Positions 40,035 through 49,883 of a stretch of DNA of 64,000 bases are shown piece by piece. The translations under genes were made by a program, and so were the position numbers. The notes under the pieces are model-generated. The model was not told the DNA's origin. It saw nothing but the letters and a program-made list of their open reading frames with translations, and made no database searches. The DNA comes from Terriglobia bacterium (GTDB taxonomy: Bacteria > Acidobacteriota > Terriglobia > JAIQFV01), in assembly GCA_020072965.1 (NCBI GenBank), contig JAIQFY010000017.1:17604-81603 (forward strand), in the 5' to 3' direction. Each line of letters starts with the position of its first letter. Position 1 is the first letter of the stretch.

Positions 40035-40715
40035 ATGAATTGTCACGGCAAGAACGCCTGGAGATACCGCTACCATCTACTTCTGCTGATCGTCGCGTTC
40101 TCCGTCTCTTGCGGCCTCTTTTCGCAGGATAGCGGGCCGAGGAGGGATCAGTGGCAGCACCCGCAAGTGGTGATGGATGCGTTGCACATCCATCCCGGCA
40201 GCATGGTCGCCGATGTGGGGGCCGGAGACGGTTATTTCACTTTTCACCTGGCCGAGCGCGTAGGACCCCAGGGCAAGGTCTATGCGGAGGATATTAAGAA
40301 CGACGACGTGGAGGAGATCCGTCGGCTGGCTAAGGAGAAGCATCTTTCGCAGATTGAGGCCTTGCACGGCGAACCGGGTGACCCCAAGCTGCCCGAAAGC
40401 TCCCTGGATGTCGTCCTCGTTATGAATGCATACCACGAATTTCAATCCTACGAAGCCATGCTTCAAGCCATTTTCAATGCGCTGAAGCCCGAAGGAATAC
40501 TCGCCATCATCGACTCTCCTACACCTCCGGGTAATTCCCGCTCCGATTATTACCCTCGCCACAGAATTCCGGAGGAATTGGTTCGAGAGGACGTTGCCCA
40601 TGCCGGGTTTCAATTTCTCCGCAAGGAGCCGGGCTTCACAAATCCGGCGAACAAGAAGGATTTTTACTTCTTGATTTTCGAGAAGCCCAGGGAACGGGCG
40701 GAAATTTCGGATTGA
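40035..40715 (+). CDS. Class I SAM-dependent methyltransferase with signal-peptide-like N-terminus
   Basis: LLLLIVAFSVSCGLFSQ, then RDQWQHP and VADVGAGDGYF. Confidence 0.82.
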   Translation: MNCHGKNAWRYRYHLLLLIVAFSVSCGLFSQDSGPRRDQWQHPQVVMDALHIHPGSMVADVGAGDGYFTFHLAERVGPQGKVYAEDIKNDDVEEIRRLAKEKHLSQIEALHGEPGDPKLPESSLDVVLVMNAYHEFQSYEAMLQAIFNALKPEGILAIIDSPTPPGNSRSDYYPRHRIPEELVREDVAHAGFQFLRKEPGFTNPANKKDFYFLIFEKPRERAEISD

Positions 40716-40881
40716 ACGTAGTAACGACTTAAGTCGTTACTATTCTTTGAATCTTGAGAAGCAGAAGGTACCCGCAGGAATTGCGGATTGCGGATTAAGA
40801 GCAGGTCAAATCGATCTATCCGCAATCCGGAATCTGAAATCAGCACTGTTGAACGTAGTAACGACTTAAGTCGTTACTACG
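40712..40881. repeat. Two 31-nt direct repeats carrying a perfect palindrome, flanking a GATTGCG hairpin
   Basis: ttgaacgtagtaacgacttaagtcgttacta at 40712-40742 and 40849-40879. A perfect 28-bp palindrome lies at 40854-40881. Confidence 0.9.
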
Positions 40882-41031
40882 AAGACGTAACACCTTCCCC
40901 GTTCTCTTTCTCCCTTCGAGTTGTCGGTGCGCTTCTGCCGCACCTAAGCATCAGTTCGATTCTCTGATTTGAGTTCGAGTTTCCAGAGATGTAGTCTCAA
41001 CTCGCGTGCTTTGGAGAAAGGGCGCGATGGG

Positions 41032-41160
41032 TGTCCGGTTTTGCGACAAAACAATCCCAATAACGGGCAAGTGGAGAGGATTTGTGGATTATCCAAGTAC
41101 ATGTTAAAACCATCCGTTTCATAGTGATAGAAAGAAAGCCCCACTCGGCAACAAAGTTGC
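41032..41160 (+). promoter_or_regulatory. Candidate sigma54 promoter with upstream enhancer-like palindrome
   Basis: CGGCAACAAAGTTGC (GG-N10-GC) at 41146-41160, and TGTC-N9-GACA at 41032-41048. Confidence 0.5.
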
Positions 41161-41183
41161 CCATATAGTGGTGGAGGAGACCC

Positions 41184-42437
41184 ATGGACATACCAAGGAA
41201 GTCGGCAGCACGGCAGCGTCTGATCAAGCGGATCATCTACATTACTATCGCCATTATTCTGATTTCCGCTACGACTGTGGTTTTGTCGCGTTTGAAGCCA
41301 GCTGCACCAACTGTTGAACGCGCCACTGTCTGGATCGATACCGTGAAGCGGGGACCCATGTTACGCCAGGTTCGAGGTCTGGGGACGCTTGTACCCGAGG
41401 AAATCCGCTGGATCCCAGCAACCACCGAAGGGAGAGTGGAGCGGCGGCTGATCGACCCGGGCACTCAAGTCAGACCCAACTCGGTTCTGTTGGAGCTCAG
41501 CAATCCCACCCTCGTCCAAGTAGCACTCGATGCCGAAATGCAGGTGAAGGGTGCAGAGGCACGATTGGCCGATTTGCGAGTAACGCTGCAGAGCCAGCAG
41601 TTGACTCAGAAGGCGGGGGCTGCTCAAGTGGAGGCCGAATACAAGCAGGCGCAGTTGAGGGCTGACACAGACGCCGAGTTGGCACGACAAGGACTGACCG
41701 CCGATTTGAACCGTCAGTTGTCGGCGCTGGCCGCGGAACAACTCGGGAACCGCAATCGTATTGAGAAGGAGCGATTGGCCATCAGCGGTGATTCGATCAA
41801 GGCTCAGCTCGCCGTCCAGCAAGCGGAGGTGGAGCGGCTCCGGGCGTTGGCCGACTTGAAGCGACAACAAGTCGATCAGTTGCACGTGCGAGCCGGCCTG
41901 GAGGGTGTGTTGCAGCAGGTTCCCGTGGAAATCGGACAACAAGTCACCGCGGGGACAAACCTCGCCCGAGTGGCGGAGCCCCGGAAGTTGAAGGCGGAAC
42001 TGAAGATTGCGGAGACTCAGGCCAAGGATGTGCAGATCGGGCAGGTCGCTTCGATCGATACGCGCAACGGGATTATTTCCGGTCACGTTGTGAGAATCGA
42101 TCCGGCCGTTGTGGCGGGAACGGTCACGGTGGATGTAAAACTGGAAGGAGCTCTGCCTGACGGAGCGCGGCCGGACTTGAGCGTGGAAGGAACGATTGAG
42201 CTCGAACGACTCACTGATGTCGTTTATGTCGGCCGGCCAGTACAGGGGCAAGCCTTCAGCACCGTCGGACTCTTCAAACTGGTTGAAGATGGCAAAGACG
42301 CTATTCGCGTCCCGGTCAAACTGGGCCGCAGTTCGGTCAACACGATCGAGATCGTTGAGGGATTGCAGGTGGGTGACCAGGTAATCCTCTCCGACATGTC
42401 AGCGCAGGACCGGTCGGACCGGATCCGATTGAATTGA
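41184..42437 (+). CDS. HlyD/MacA-family periplasmic adaptor (membrane fusion protein)
   Basis: One N-terminal TM, VRGLGTLVPEE, coiled-coil hairpin, VRAGLEGVLQ, GLQVGDQVILS. RBS ggaggag. Confidence 0.92.
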   Translation: MDIPRKSAARQRLIKRIIYITIAIILISATTVVLSRLKPAAPTVERATVWIDTVKRGPMLRQVRGLGTLVPEEIRWIPATTEGRVERRLIDPGTQVRPNSVLLELSNPTLVQVALDAEMQVKGAEARLADLRVTLQSQQLTQKAGAAQVEAEYKQAQLRADTDAELARQGLTADLNRQLSALAAEQLGNRNRIEKERLAISGDSIKAQLAVQQAEVERLRALADLKRQQVDQLHVRAGLEGVLQQVPVEIGQQVTAGTNLARVAEPRKLKAELKIAETQAKDVQIGQVASIDTRNGIISGHVVRIDPAVVAGTVTVDVKLEGALPDGARPDLSVEGTIELERLTDVVYVGRPVQGQAFSTVGLFKLVEDGKDAIRVPVKLGRSSVNTIEIVEGLQVGDQVILSDMSAQDRSDRIRLN

Positions 42438-42565
42438 GAAAGCAGTTGTCAGTTCTCAGTTGTCAGTTGCCAGTGAAAAGCAGTTAGCTTTCTGCCCTTT
42501 ACTGGTAACAGTTTTCTGACAACTGGGAACTGGTCACTGGCAACTGCTTTCGACAACTGAGAACT
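42438..42565. repeat. CAGTTST heptamer inverted-repeat element
   Basis: gaaagcagttgtcagttctcagttgtcag...ctgacaactgggaactggtcactggcaactgctttc. Confidence 0.85.
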
Positions 42566-42583
42566 TTTTCCCGAGGAGAATAC

Positions 42584-43288
42584 ATGAGCGACAACAATGT
42601 GCTGATCAAGCTGGAAGGTGTCACGAAGGTCTTCTTCACCGACGAGGTGGAGACGCATGCGCTGTCCGGAATTCATCTCGATATCCACTCGGGCGAATAC
42701 GTCGCAATAGCCGGCCCGTCGGGATGTGGCAAGTCCACCTTGCTATCGATCCTGGGGTTGCTCGACACTCCCACGGAAGGCCACTACACCTTGAACGCCA
42801 CACCGGTCGAAGCGCTGAAGCCTTCGGAGCGGGCCCGCATCCGCAATCAGGAAGTGGGTTTCATCTTCCAGAGTTTCAATTTGATTGGCGACTTGACCGT
42901 GTACGAAAACGTGGAGTTGCCTCTGACCTATCGGGGGATGCGGGCAGTGGAGCGGCGCGAGCGGGCCAAGGAAGCCCTCGAGAAGGTGGGAATGGGCCAT
43001 CGCTCCAAGCACCTGCCGAGCCAGTTATCGGGCGGGCAGCAGCAGCGCGTGGCGGTGGCGCGAGCGCTGGTGGGCCGCCCCTCCATCCTGCTGGCGGACG
43101 AACCAACGGGAAACCTGGATTCTAAGAATGGCGAGGCCGTCATGGAGTTGCTGCGGCAGCTGCATCGGGACGGGGCGACCATCTGCATGGTGACACACGA
43201 TGCGCGTTTTGCCGCACACGCCGACCGCTCGGTACACCTGTTTGACGGCCGTGTGGTGGAAGAAAGCACGGAAGCCGAACCGGTTTGA
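42584..43288 (+). CDS. ABC ATP-binding protein (MacB/LolD-type)
   Basis: GPSGCGKS, LSGGQQQR, LLADEP, H-loop MVTHD. Confidence 0.95.
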   Translation: MSDNNVLIKLEGVTKVFFTDEVETHALSGIHLDIHSGEYVAIAGPSGCGKSTLLSILGLLDTPTEGHYTLNATPVEALKPSERARIRNQEVGFIFQSFNLIGDLTVYENVELPLTYRGMRAVERRERAKEALEKVGMGHRSKHLPSQLSGGQQQRVAVARALVGRPSILLADEPTGNLDSKNGEAVMELLRQLHRDGATICMVTHDARFAAHADRSVHLFDGRVVEESTEAEPV

Positions 43289-43554
43289 AATGCGGAATTC
43301 GGATTGCGGATTGCGGAATGACATTTGCCAAGGTCGAGTTAAAGGTTATGGCAGTTGTCGGAAATAAGTTCTCAGCTGTCAGTTCTCAGTTGCCAGTAAA
43401 AACCGTTGACCGGGAAGTAATGACTCTGACAAATGCAACAGCAAAAGGATGTTTGGAAGTGCGTTCCTCATTTCACGACATAAAGTCGACTCGCAACTTA
43501 CAAGGGTTTACTGGCAACTGAGAACTGGCCACTGAGAACTGAGGTCCGACAACT
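43287..43554. repeat. Composite element: GATTGCG arm plus CAGTTST inverted-repeat element
   Basis: Arms at 43353-43400 and 43507-43554 are largely complementary. Confidence 0.85.
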
Positions 43555-43570
43555 TCTCGAGGTAAGACTG

Positions 43571-46018
43571 ATGGATTCATTCCTCCACGACATCCGTTAC
43601 AGCCTGCGGCTGTTGTTCAAACACCCTGGCTTCATGGCGGTTGCGATTGCCACGCTGGCGCTGGGCATCGGAATCAACACCAGCATCTTCACCGTTTTCA
43701 ATGCCCTTGCGCTGCGACCGCTCCCAGCGAAGGACCCCGGCAGTGTGGTGAGAGTCTATGAGTCGTTCGAGGATGGAAGCCGTTACGGATCAGCCTCCTA
43801 CCCGGATTACGTGGATTTCAGAGACCAAAACAACGTTTTCTCGGGCCTGGTCGCCTACACTGGAGCGGCGCTGCGATTGGGCGAAAGCAGTGAACCCAAT
43901 GCCTCCAGCGAAACGTTCCAGGGAACGCTCGTTTCAGGAAACTTCTTTTCCGTGCTCGGAGTTGACGCTATTGTTGGACGGACTTTCATTCCTGAAGAAG
44001 ATAAGACACCCGGTTCGCATCCCGTGGCCGTTCTGAGTTATGGCTTATGGGTAAGGCGATTCGGTTCAGACCCCGGTGTAGTGGGAAAAACGCTGACCCT
44101 GAATTTCCATCCGTACACCGTGGTCGGGGTGGCGCCCAAATGGTTCACCGGCTTGGAACCGACGGCCACGGATCTCTGGGTACCCATGATGATGGAAGCG
44201 GAGGCGGTGCCCGGCCGCAACTTCCTCAATAATCGCAATTCCCACCGGCTGAAACTGGTGGGCCGGCTGAAGCCGGGAGTAACTCTAGAGCAGGCCGAGG
44301 CTCAAATTTCTACCCTGGCAGACCAACTCGATCAGACCTACAACCAGCCTGTTGCCAAAAAGAGGAAGGTTAGCGCAACCCTGGCCCCGGGCTCATTCCT
44401 TGACCCCAACGAGAATGGAAACGTTATTCCGGTCGCCTTCCTTATGATGGCTGGGGTCGGCCTCGTCCTCCTCATCGCCTGTGCCAATCTCGCCAATCTG
44501 TTGCTATCGCGGGCCGCCTCGCGGCAAAGAGAGATCGGAATCCGGCTTTCCTTGGGAGCCACCCGGGGCCGGTTGATCAGACAACTTCTGACCGAGAGCA
44601 CACTGCTTTCTCTGGGAGGGGGAATCACGGGACTCCTCCTTACTTTCTGGATTACGGACCTGCTCATCAGGTTCATTCATCCTCCCGGGGAGCTGCCGCT
44701 CGCAATCAATGTGAGTCCCGATGTTAATGTCTTCGTATATGCCCTGGTGATCTCGCTTATGGCGGGAGTTGCATTTGGCCTGCTCCCCTCCATGCAATCA
44801 ACGAAGCTGACTCTCACGTCGGCCTTGAAGGATGAGGGCACCCCCTTCGGTCAAGGCGTAAGCCGCTCTCGACTACGAAGTCTGTTGGTGGGGGGGCAGG
44901 TGGCGGTCTCATTGGTCCTGTTGATCGGCGCCGGATTGCTGGTCCGGGCACTTCATAATGCGCAAACCACTGACCCCGGATTTGCCATGAAGGATGTCCT
45001 CGTCCTGTCCCCTGATCTGCGATTGCATGGCTACACGCCGACCCGCGCCGCCGAATTTGACCGGGAACTTTTGGACAAGCTCCAATACTTGCCAGGAGTA
45101 AAGTCCGTGGGGATGGCGTGGGTCATCCCCCTGGGCTCATCAATGTCCGATACCAACGTGGAGATTGAAGGCCACGAGACTCCCCCTGGGAAAAAATCGC
45201 CTTTTGCCAGTCTCAATTTTGTTTCCGAAAAATATTTTGACGCCCTGAACATTCCGATAGTTCGCGGCCGTACCTTCACTGAGCAGGAGGTGGCGAATAA
45301 CGCGAAGGTCGCCCTTATCAATGAATCGTTTGCACGACGCTTTTGGCCGGGTGTCGATCCCATCGGAAAACGATTTAATTACGGGATTGAAATCGTCGGG
45401 GTCGTGAAAGACACCCGTAGCGTTCATCTCTGGTCGTCGAGTGAGCCTATCGTCTATCGGCCAGTTGAACCCGACTTCCAGCCCGACATGAAATTCTTCG
45501 TTCGAACTGACGGCGGCTCAAACTATCTCGCGACAACACTTCCGGGGATTGTCGGAAAGATCGACGGCAGCGTACAGACTAATGTCAAAACGCTGGAAGA
45601 TAACCTCCAGGCGTGGTTGTGGCCCTCCCGCATGGGAGCGCTGCTCTCGGCGGCTTTGGGAGTTCTGGCAATACTGCTGGCCTCGGTGGGCATTTACGGC
45701 GTGACCGCTTACGCGGTCAGCCAGAGGACTCATGAGATTGGCATTCGCATGGCGCTGGGTGCGGAGCGGCGCGATGTGCTTCACCTGGTCTTGCGGGATG
45801 GCATGAGGCCGGTCATCACGGGCATCGCGGCCGGTCTGGTGATTTCCATTGCGGCGACGAACTTGCTTGCAAAATTCCTTTACGGATTGAGCGCCGTTGA
45901 TGTGGTGACGTTTGCCATCGTGTCGGTGGTTCTGGCGGCAGTGGCCGCATTGGCGAATTACCTTCCCGCGCGACGTGCTGCAAGAGTCGATCCAATGGTG
46001 GCGCTACGATACGAATGA
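43571..46018 (+). CDS. ADOP-type ABC permease, array copy 3
   Basis: MDSFLHDIRYSLRLL.K.PGF, REIGIRLSLGA, RRAARVDPMVALRYE. Confidence 0.92.
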   Translation: MDSFLHDIRYSLRLLFKHPGFMAVAIATLALGIGINTSIFTVFNALALRPLPAKDPGSVVRVYESFEDGSRYGSASYPDYVDFRDQNNVFSGLVAYTGAALRLGESSEPNASSETFQGTLVSGNFFSVLGVDAIVGRTFIPEEDKTPGSHPVAVLSYGLWVRRFGSDPGVVGKTLTLNFHPYTVVGVAPKWFTGLEPTATDLWVPMMMEAEAVPGRNFLNNRNSHRLKLVGRLKPGVTLEQAEAQISTLADQLDQTYNQPVAKKRKVSATLAPGSFLDPNENGNVIPVAFLMMAGVGLVLLIACANLANLLLSRAASRQREIGIRLSLGATRGRLIRQLLTESTLLSLGGGITGLLLTFWITDLLIRFIHPPGELPLAINVSPDVNVFVYALVISLMAGVAFGLLPSMQSTKLTLTSALKDEGTPFGQGVSRSRLRSLLVGGQVAVSLVLLIGAGLLVRALHNAQTTDPGFAMKDVLVLSPDLRLHGYTPTRAAEFDRELLDKLQYLPGVKSVGMAWVIPLGSSMSDTNVEIEGHETPPGKKSPFASLNFVSEKYFDALNIPIVRGRTFTEQEVANNAKVALINESFARRFWPGVDPIGKRFNYGIEIVGVVKDTRSVHLWSSSEPIVYRPVEPDFQPDMKFFVRTDGGSNYLATTLPGIVGKIDGSVQTNVKTLEDNLQAWLWPSRMGALLSAALGVLAILLASVGIYGVTAYAVSQRTHEIGIRMALGAERRDVLHLVLRDGMRPVITGIAAGLVISIAATNLLAKFLYGLSAVDVVTFAIVSVVLAAVAALANYLPARRAARVDPMVALRYE

Positions 46019-46214
46019 ATTGCGGATTGCAGTTTTCCGATTGCGGAATGGAGAGCAGTTTCCCTTGGCTCAGCTTCCGCAATCCGAAATCCACAATCCG
46101 AAATTGGATTGGAACGTGGAGCGCCTGGCAGACGCGCCTTCCACTCTGAATCCCTATGCCAAAACCCGGAGACAGGCAGGATGCCTGCACTCCAAACCTA
46201 ACAAGGAGAATGTA

Positions 46215-46856
46215 ATGAAATCCAAGCTCATCATCCTCGGGGTGTCAATCCTGACACTTTTCCTTTCGCTCCCGCGTCTCATTCAGGCCCAGCCGACGCA
46301 GCCGACCCAGCCTACTATTGTCGCCTTTGGAAGCGACTCCCCGGAACGCGGGACCACACGCGTGGGATATTGGAATAGAGTGAAAAACATGGGCGCCGGC
46401 CAGTTTGCCATTAATTACGGCCGTCCCGTGTGGAATAAGGATTATGAGGATCCCGCGAAGTTCGATCCCATGACCAAAGGCAAGACGTGGCGAATGGGAA
46501 GCAACTTCTGGACGGTGCTTGACACGGACATGCCCCTCAAGATCTCCGGGAAGACCGTCCCGGCGGGGCTCTGGTATCTCGGGCTCCATCGATCCGAGGA
46601 CGGGAAGCAATGGAGCCTTGCCTTCATTGACCCGGTCAAGGCTCGGCGTGAACACGTGGACGCTTCGGAAATCGAACGGGCGCCCGCTGAATTTACCGTT
46701 CCAGTGACCATGGACCCTGCCGGCGATCTGAAGGATAAGCTAACCATCGACCTGGTTTTCAAGCGGCCCGATATTCAAAACGTCACTCTCAAGATTGCAT
46801 GGGGCACACTTCGGTTGAGCGCCCCGATCGTCGTGCCCATCACGACAGGGAGTTAA
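46215..46856 (+). CDS. DUF2911-like exported protein
   Basis: RBS aaggag, signal peptide MKSKLIILG, INYGRP, WRMGSN.WT.LDTD, I.GKTVPAG.WYL, IAWG. Confidence 0.75.
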   Translation: MKSKLIILGVSILTLFLSLPRLIQAQPTQPTQPTIVAFGSDSPERGTTRVGYWNRVKNMGAGQFAINYGRPVWNKDYEDPAKFDPMTKGKTWRMGSNFWTVLDTDMPLKISGKTVPAGLWYLGLHRSEDGKQWSLAFIDPVKARREHVDASEIERAPAEFTVPVTMDPAGDLKDKLTIDLVFKRPDIQNVTLKIAWGTLRLSAPIVVPITTGS

Positions 46857-46867
46857 GAAGTGGAAAA

Positions 46868-47113
46868 GTTGTCAGTTGTCGGTTCTCAGTTGTCAGTGAA
46901 GAGCGATCAGCCACCAACTACGGACAAATCTGGTCAACTCAGAAGGTGGAGGCTATTTTCTGATTTCAAACGTTTAAATAGGGTATCCGTTACTGCAAGA
47001 GTTCCGGGGCGACGTAGCTCAAAACTTGGCACACTACTGCGGGCCGGTCACTGAGTTTTAGATTTGATGGCTGACCGCTCTTCACTGACAACTGAGAACC
47101 GACAACTGATAAC
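46868..47113. repeat. CAGTTST element with 46-bp terminal inverted repeats (2 mismatches)
   Basis: 46868-46913 versus the reverse complement of 47068-47113. Confidence 0.9.
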
Positions 47114-47133
47114 TATTTAGACAGGAATGAAGA

Positions 47134-49686
47134 ATGGAAACCTTGCTTCAGGATCTTCGCTTCAGTCTTCGAATGCTGCTGAAGAATCCCGGCTTCACCC
47201 TGGTGGCGGTGATGACCTTGGCACTTGGTATCGGAGCGAACACCGCCATATTCAGCATTCTCAACGCGGTGTTGCTCCGAACTCTGCCCATCCCCCATCC
47301 CCAGGAACTGGTAGTCCTCGGAAACCCGGATGCGCATGGGATGGCCACTGGGAGCAACAGTGGAGAACAAGATCTTTTTTCCTACCATGAATTCGAGCAG
47401 CTTCGCGATCAGAACCAGGTATTTACGAATATCTTCGCGGCAGCCAGCTTCGTGGACTCCATGGACGGCTATATCGACGGGACGGGGTTGAGCGACCATG
47501 CTGAGCCTGTTAAGCCCAGCCTTGTTAGTGGCGCTTTTTTCTCCGTTCTGGGGGCGAAGCCCATTCTCGGCCGAACCTTTACACAGGAAGTCGATGAGGT
47601 TCCGGGCGTGAATGCCGTAGCACTGATCAGCTACGATTTTTGGAACCGGCGGTTTAACCGGGATCCCTCTGTCTTGGGGCGCTCCGTCCGACTTCGTCAA
47701 ACCACTTTTGAGATCATCGGAGTCACGGGCCCCGGATTTTTTGGTGAAACGGTCGGTGAATCGCCGGATCTGTGGGTGCCCTTGTCCATGCAAATGGCCG
47801 TGATCCCTGGAAAAAATCTCCTGGTCGATCCAAACAGCATTATGGAGAGGACCACGTGGATACAAATCATGGGGCGACTAAAACCCGGCGTGAGTATGGA
47901 ACAAGCCCGGGCTAGCATCAATGTGACGTTTCAACAGGTGCTCCAAACTAATGCCAGTTCGAGCCTAACAGCGGACCAGCGCAAGGAATGGATGGATCAG
48001 CGAATTGCCCTGACGAGCGCCAGAAAGGGCGCCTCGACTTTGAGGGGACGTTTTACCCATCCCCTCCGGGTCTTGATGGGATTGGTCGGACTTGTTCTGC
48101 TGATTGCCTGTGCCAATGTAGCCAACCTCCTGTTCTCGCGCTCGACCATGCGCCAGAAGGAAATTGCGATGAGGCTGGCATTGGGTGCGCGGCGCTCCCG
48201 CCTGGTGCGACAGCTTCTGACCGAAAGTATCCTGCTCGCGCTGGTCGGCGGAGGCGTCGGCCTTGTTCTTGCGCAATGGACCAACAGTTTGCTGGTTCGC
48301 CTGGCGTCCAGCGGGCCGGACCTGATCGCGATTGATCTTCATCCCGATGCTCGTATCCTCGGATTTACCCTTGCCCTCTCCACCCTCACTGGCATTTTGT
48401 TCGGATTGATGCCCTCTCTCCACTCGACACGGTTCGACTTGAGCTCCATCCTCAAAGCCAGCGGCCGGGGTGTCACAGCCGACCGCGGTCGCAGTGCTGT
48501 GTCCAGATTGCCCGTCGGAAAAATTCTCGTTGTGGCCCAGGTTTCCATTTCCCTGCTTCTTCTGGTGGTCGCGGGACTCTTCGTGAGGAGTTTTCAAAAA
48601 CTCGTGGACGTCGATCTCGGTTATAAACCTGACAAGTTCTTGTTGTTCCGAATCAACCCGCTTCAAAGTGGTTATAAAGGCGCCGCCCTGCTCCAATTTC
48701 ATCAGACCCTGCTGGAAAGAATCGCAGCGATTCCCGGCGTGCAGGGGGTAACCCTTTCCGAAAATGGTCTGTTCAGCCACACCGAATCCGCGGACCCCAT
48801 CTGGGTAGAGGGCTACACGCCAAAAACAGGCCCAGACAAGCATGCGCGATTTGACCAGGTGGGCCCACAATATTTCTCGACGGTGGGCATCCCTGTGTTA
48901 ATGGGTCGTGACGTTGATTCGCACGATGGCGGAAATGGTCCGCGGGTCGGCTGGATCAATCAGACCATGGCCCGATTCTATTTTCCAAACTCGAATCCGC
49001 TGGGGAAACACATCCGTGATGAGTACCCCGACAACCCCGGGGAATTTGAAATCGTGGGGGTCGTCTCCGATGCCAAGTACAACAGCCTCCGGGAAACGAC
49101 ACCGCGACGATTCTATGTCCCCTTCTTCAATCCGATCACCGAGGTGGCCGCCGCCAATTTCGAGATTCGCACCCGGGCGGAACCTGCTGCGGTGGCCGCT
49201 TCCCTCCGCGAAGTCGTGAAATCGATGGATCGATCCCTCCCCACACTGCATGTCCATACGATGACGGAGCTGGTTGATCAATCGTTGGCCCGGGAGCGTT
49301 TGATCACCAGTCTATCAGGCTTGTTTGGGGCCCTTGCGGTGTTGCTTGCCTGCATTGGTCTTTATGGCGTCATGGCATTCGCGGTGGCTCGAAGAACGAA
49401 TGAGATCGGTATTCGCATGGCCCTGGGGGCACAGGGTCGAAACGTGCTGGGGATCGTCATGCGGGAGACATTGGTGCTAGCTCTGCTCGGCATCGGCATC
49501 GGACTGCCGGTGGTATTTGCCTCCACGCGCCTGCTTTCAGGATTGCTCTTTGGGCTGGCGCCGGTCGACCCTGCAACAATATTCATGGCCACAATAGCGA
49601 TGGTTTCAGTTGCCGCCTTGGCCGGCTACCTCCCCGCCCACCGGGCAAGCCGGGTGGATCCCATGGTGGCGTTGAGGTATGAATGA
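47134..49686 (+). CDS. ADOP-type ABC permease, array copy 4
   Basis: METLLQDLRFSLRMLLKNPGF, RRTNEIGIRMALGA, PAHRASRVDPMVALRYE. Confidence 0.92.
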   Translation: METLLQDLRFSLRMLLKNPGFTLVAVMTLALGIGANTAIFSILNAVLLRTLPIPHPQELVVLGNPDAHGMATGSNSGEQDLFSYHEFEQLRDQNQVFTNIFAAASFVDSMDGYIDGTGLSDHAEPVKPSLVSGAFFSVLGAKPILGRTFTQEVDEVPGVNAVALISYDFWNRRFNRDPSVLGRSVRLRQTTFEIIGVTGPGFFGETVGESPDLWVPLSMQMAVIPGKNLLVDPNSIMERTTWIQIMGRLKPGVSMEQARASINVTFQQVLQTNASSSLTADQRKEWMDQRIALTSARKGASTLRGRFTHPLRVLMGLVGLVLLIACANVANLLFSRSTMRQKEIAMRLALGARRSRLVRQLLTESILLALVGGGVGLVLAQWTNSLLVRLASSGPDLIAIDLHPDARILGFTLALSTLTGILFGLMPSLHSTRFDLSSILKASGRGVTADRGRSAVSRLPVGKILVVAQVSISLLLLVVAGLFVRSFQKLVDVDLGYKPDKFLLFRINPLQSGYKGAALLQFHQTLLERIAAIPGVQGVTLSENGLFSHTESADPIWVEGYTPKTGPDKHARFDQVGPQYFSTVGIPVLMGRDVDSHDGGNGPRVGWINQTMARFYFPNSNPLGKHIRDEYPDNPGEFEIVGVVSDAKYNSLRETTPRRFYVPFFNPITEVAAANFEIRTRAEPAAVAASLREVVKSMDRSLPTLHVHTMTELVDQSLARERLITSLSGLFGALAVLLACIGLYGVMAFAVARRTNEIGIRMALGAQGRNVLGIVMRETLVLALLGIGIGLPVVFASTRLLSGLLFGLAPVDPATIFMATIAMVSVAALAGYLPAHRASRVDPMVALRYE

Positions 49687-49687
49687 A

Positions 49688-49871
49688 TCAGTTGTCAGTT
49701 CTCAGTTGCCAGTAAAAAGCTGTCAGCGTTCAGCTATCAGCCGTAATCGGATGCACATGACCAGAATAAAAGAAATACTCGAGTTTTTTGATATGTTTCA
49801 CTCTAATCCTAGCTGAGGGCTGAATGCTGATCGCTAACGGCTGGATTCTGAAAACTGAGAACTGACAACTC
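49688..49871. repeat. CAGTTST element with conserved core, forward orientation
   Basis: Core aatcggat...ctcgagttttttgatatgtttcactctaatcctagctga is homologous to 60180-60377. Confidence 0.85.
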
Positions 49872-49883
49872 TTTTTTGAAACG

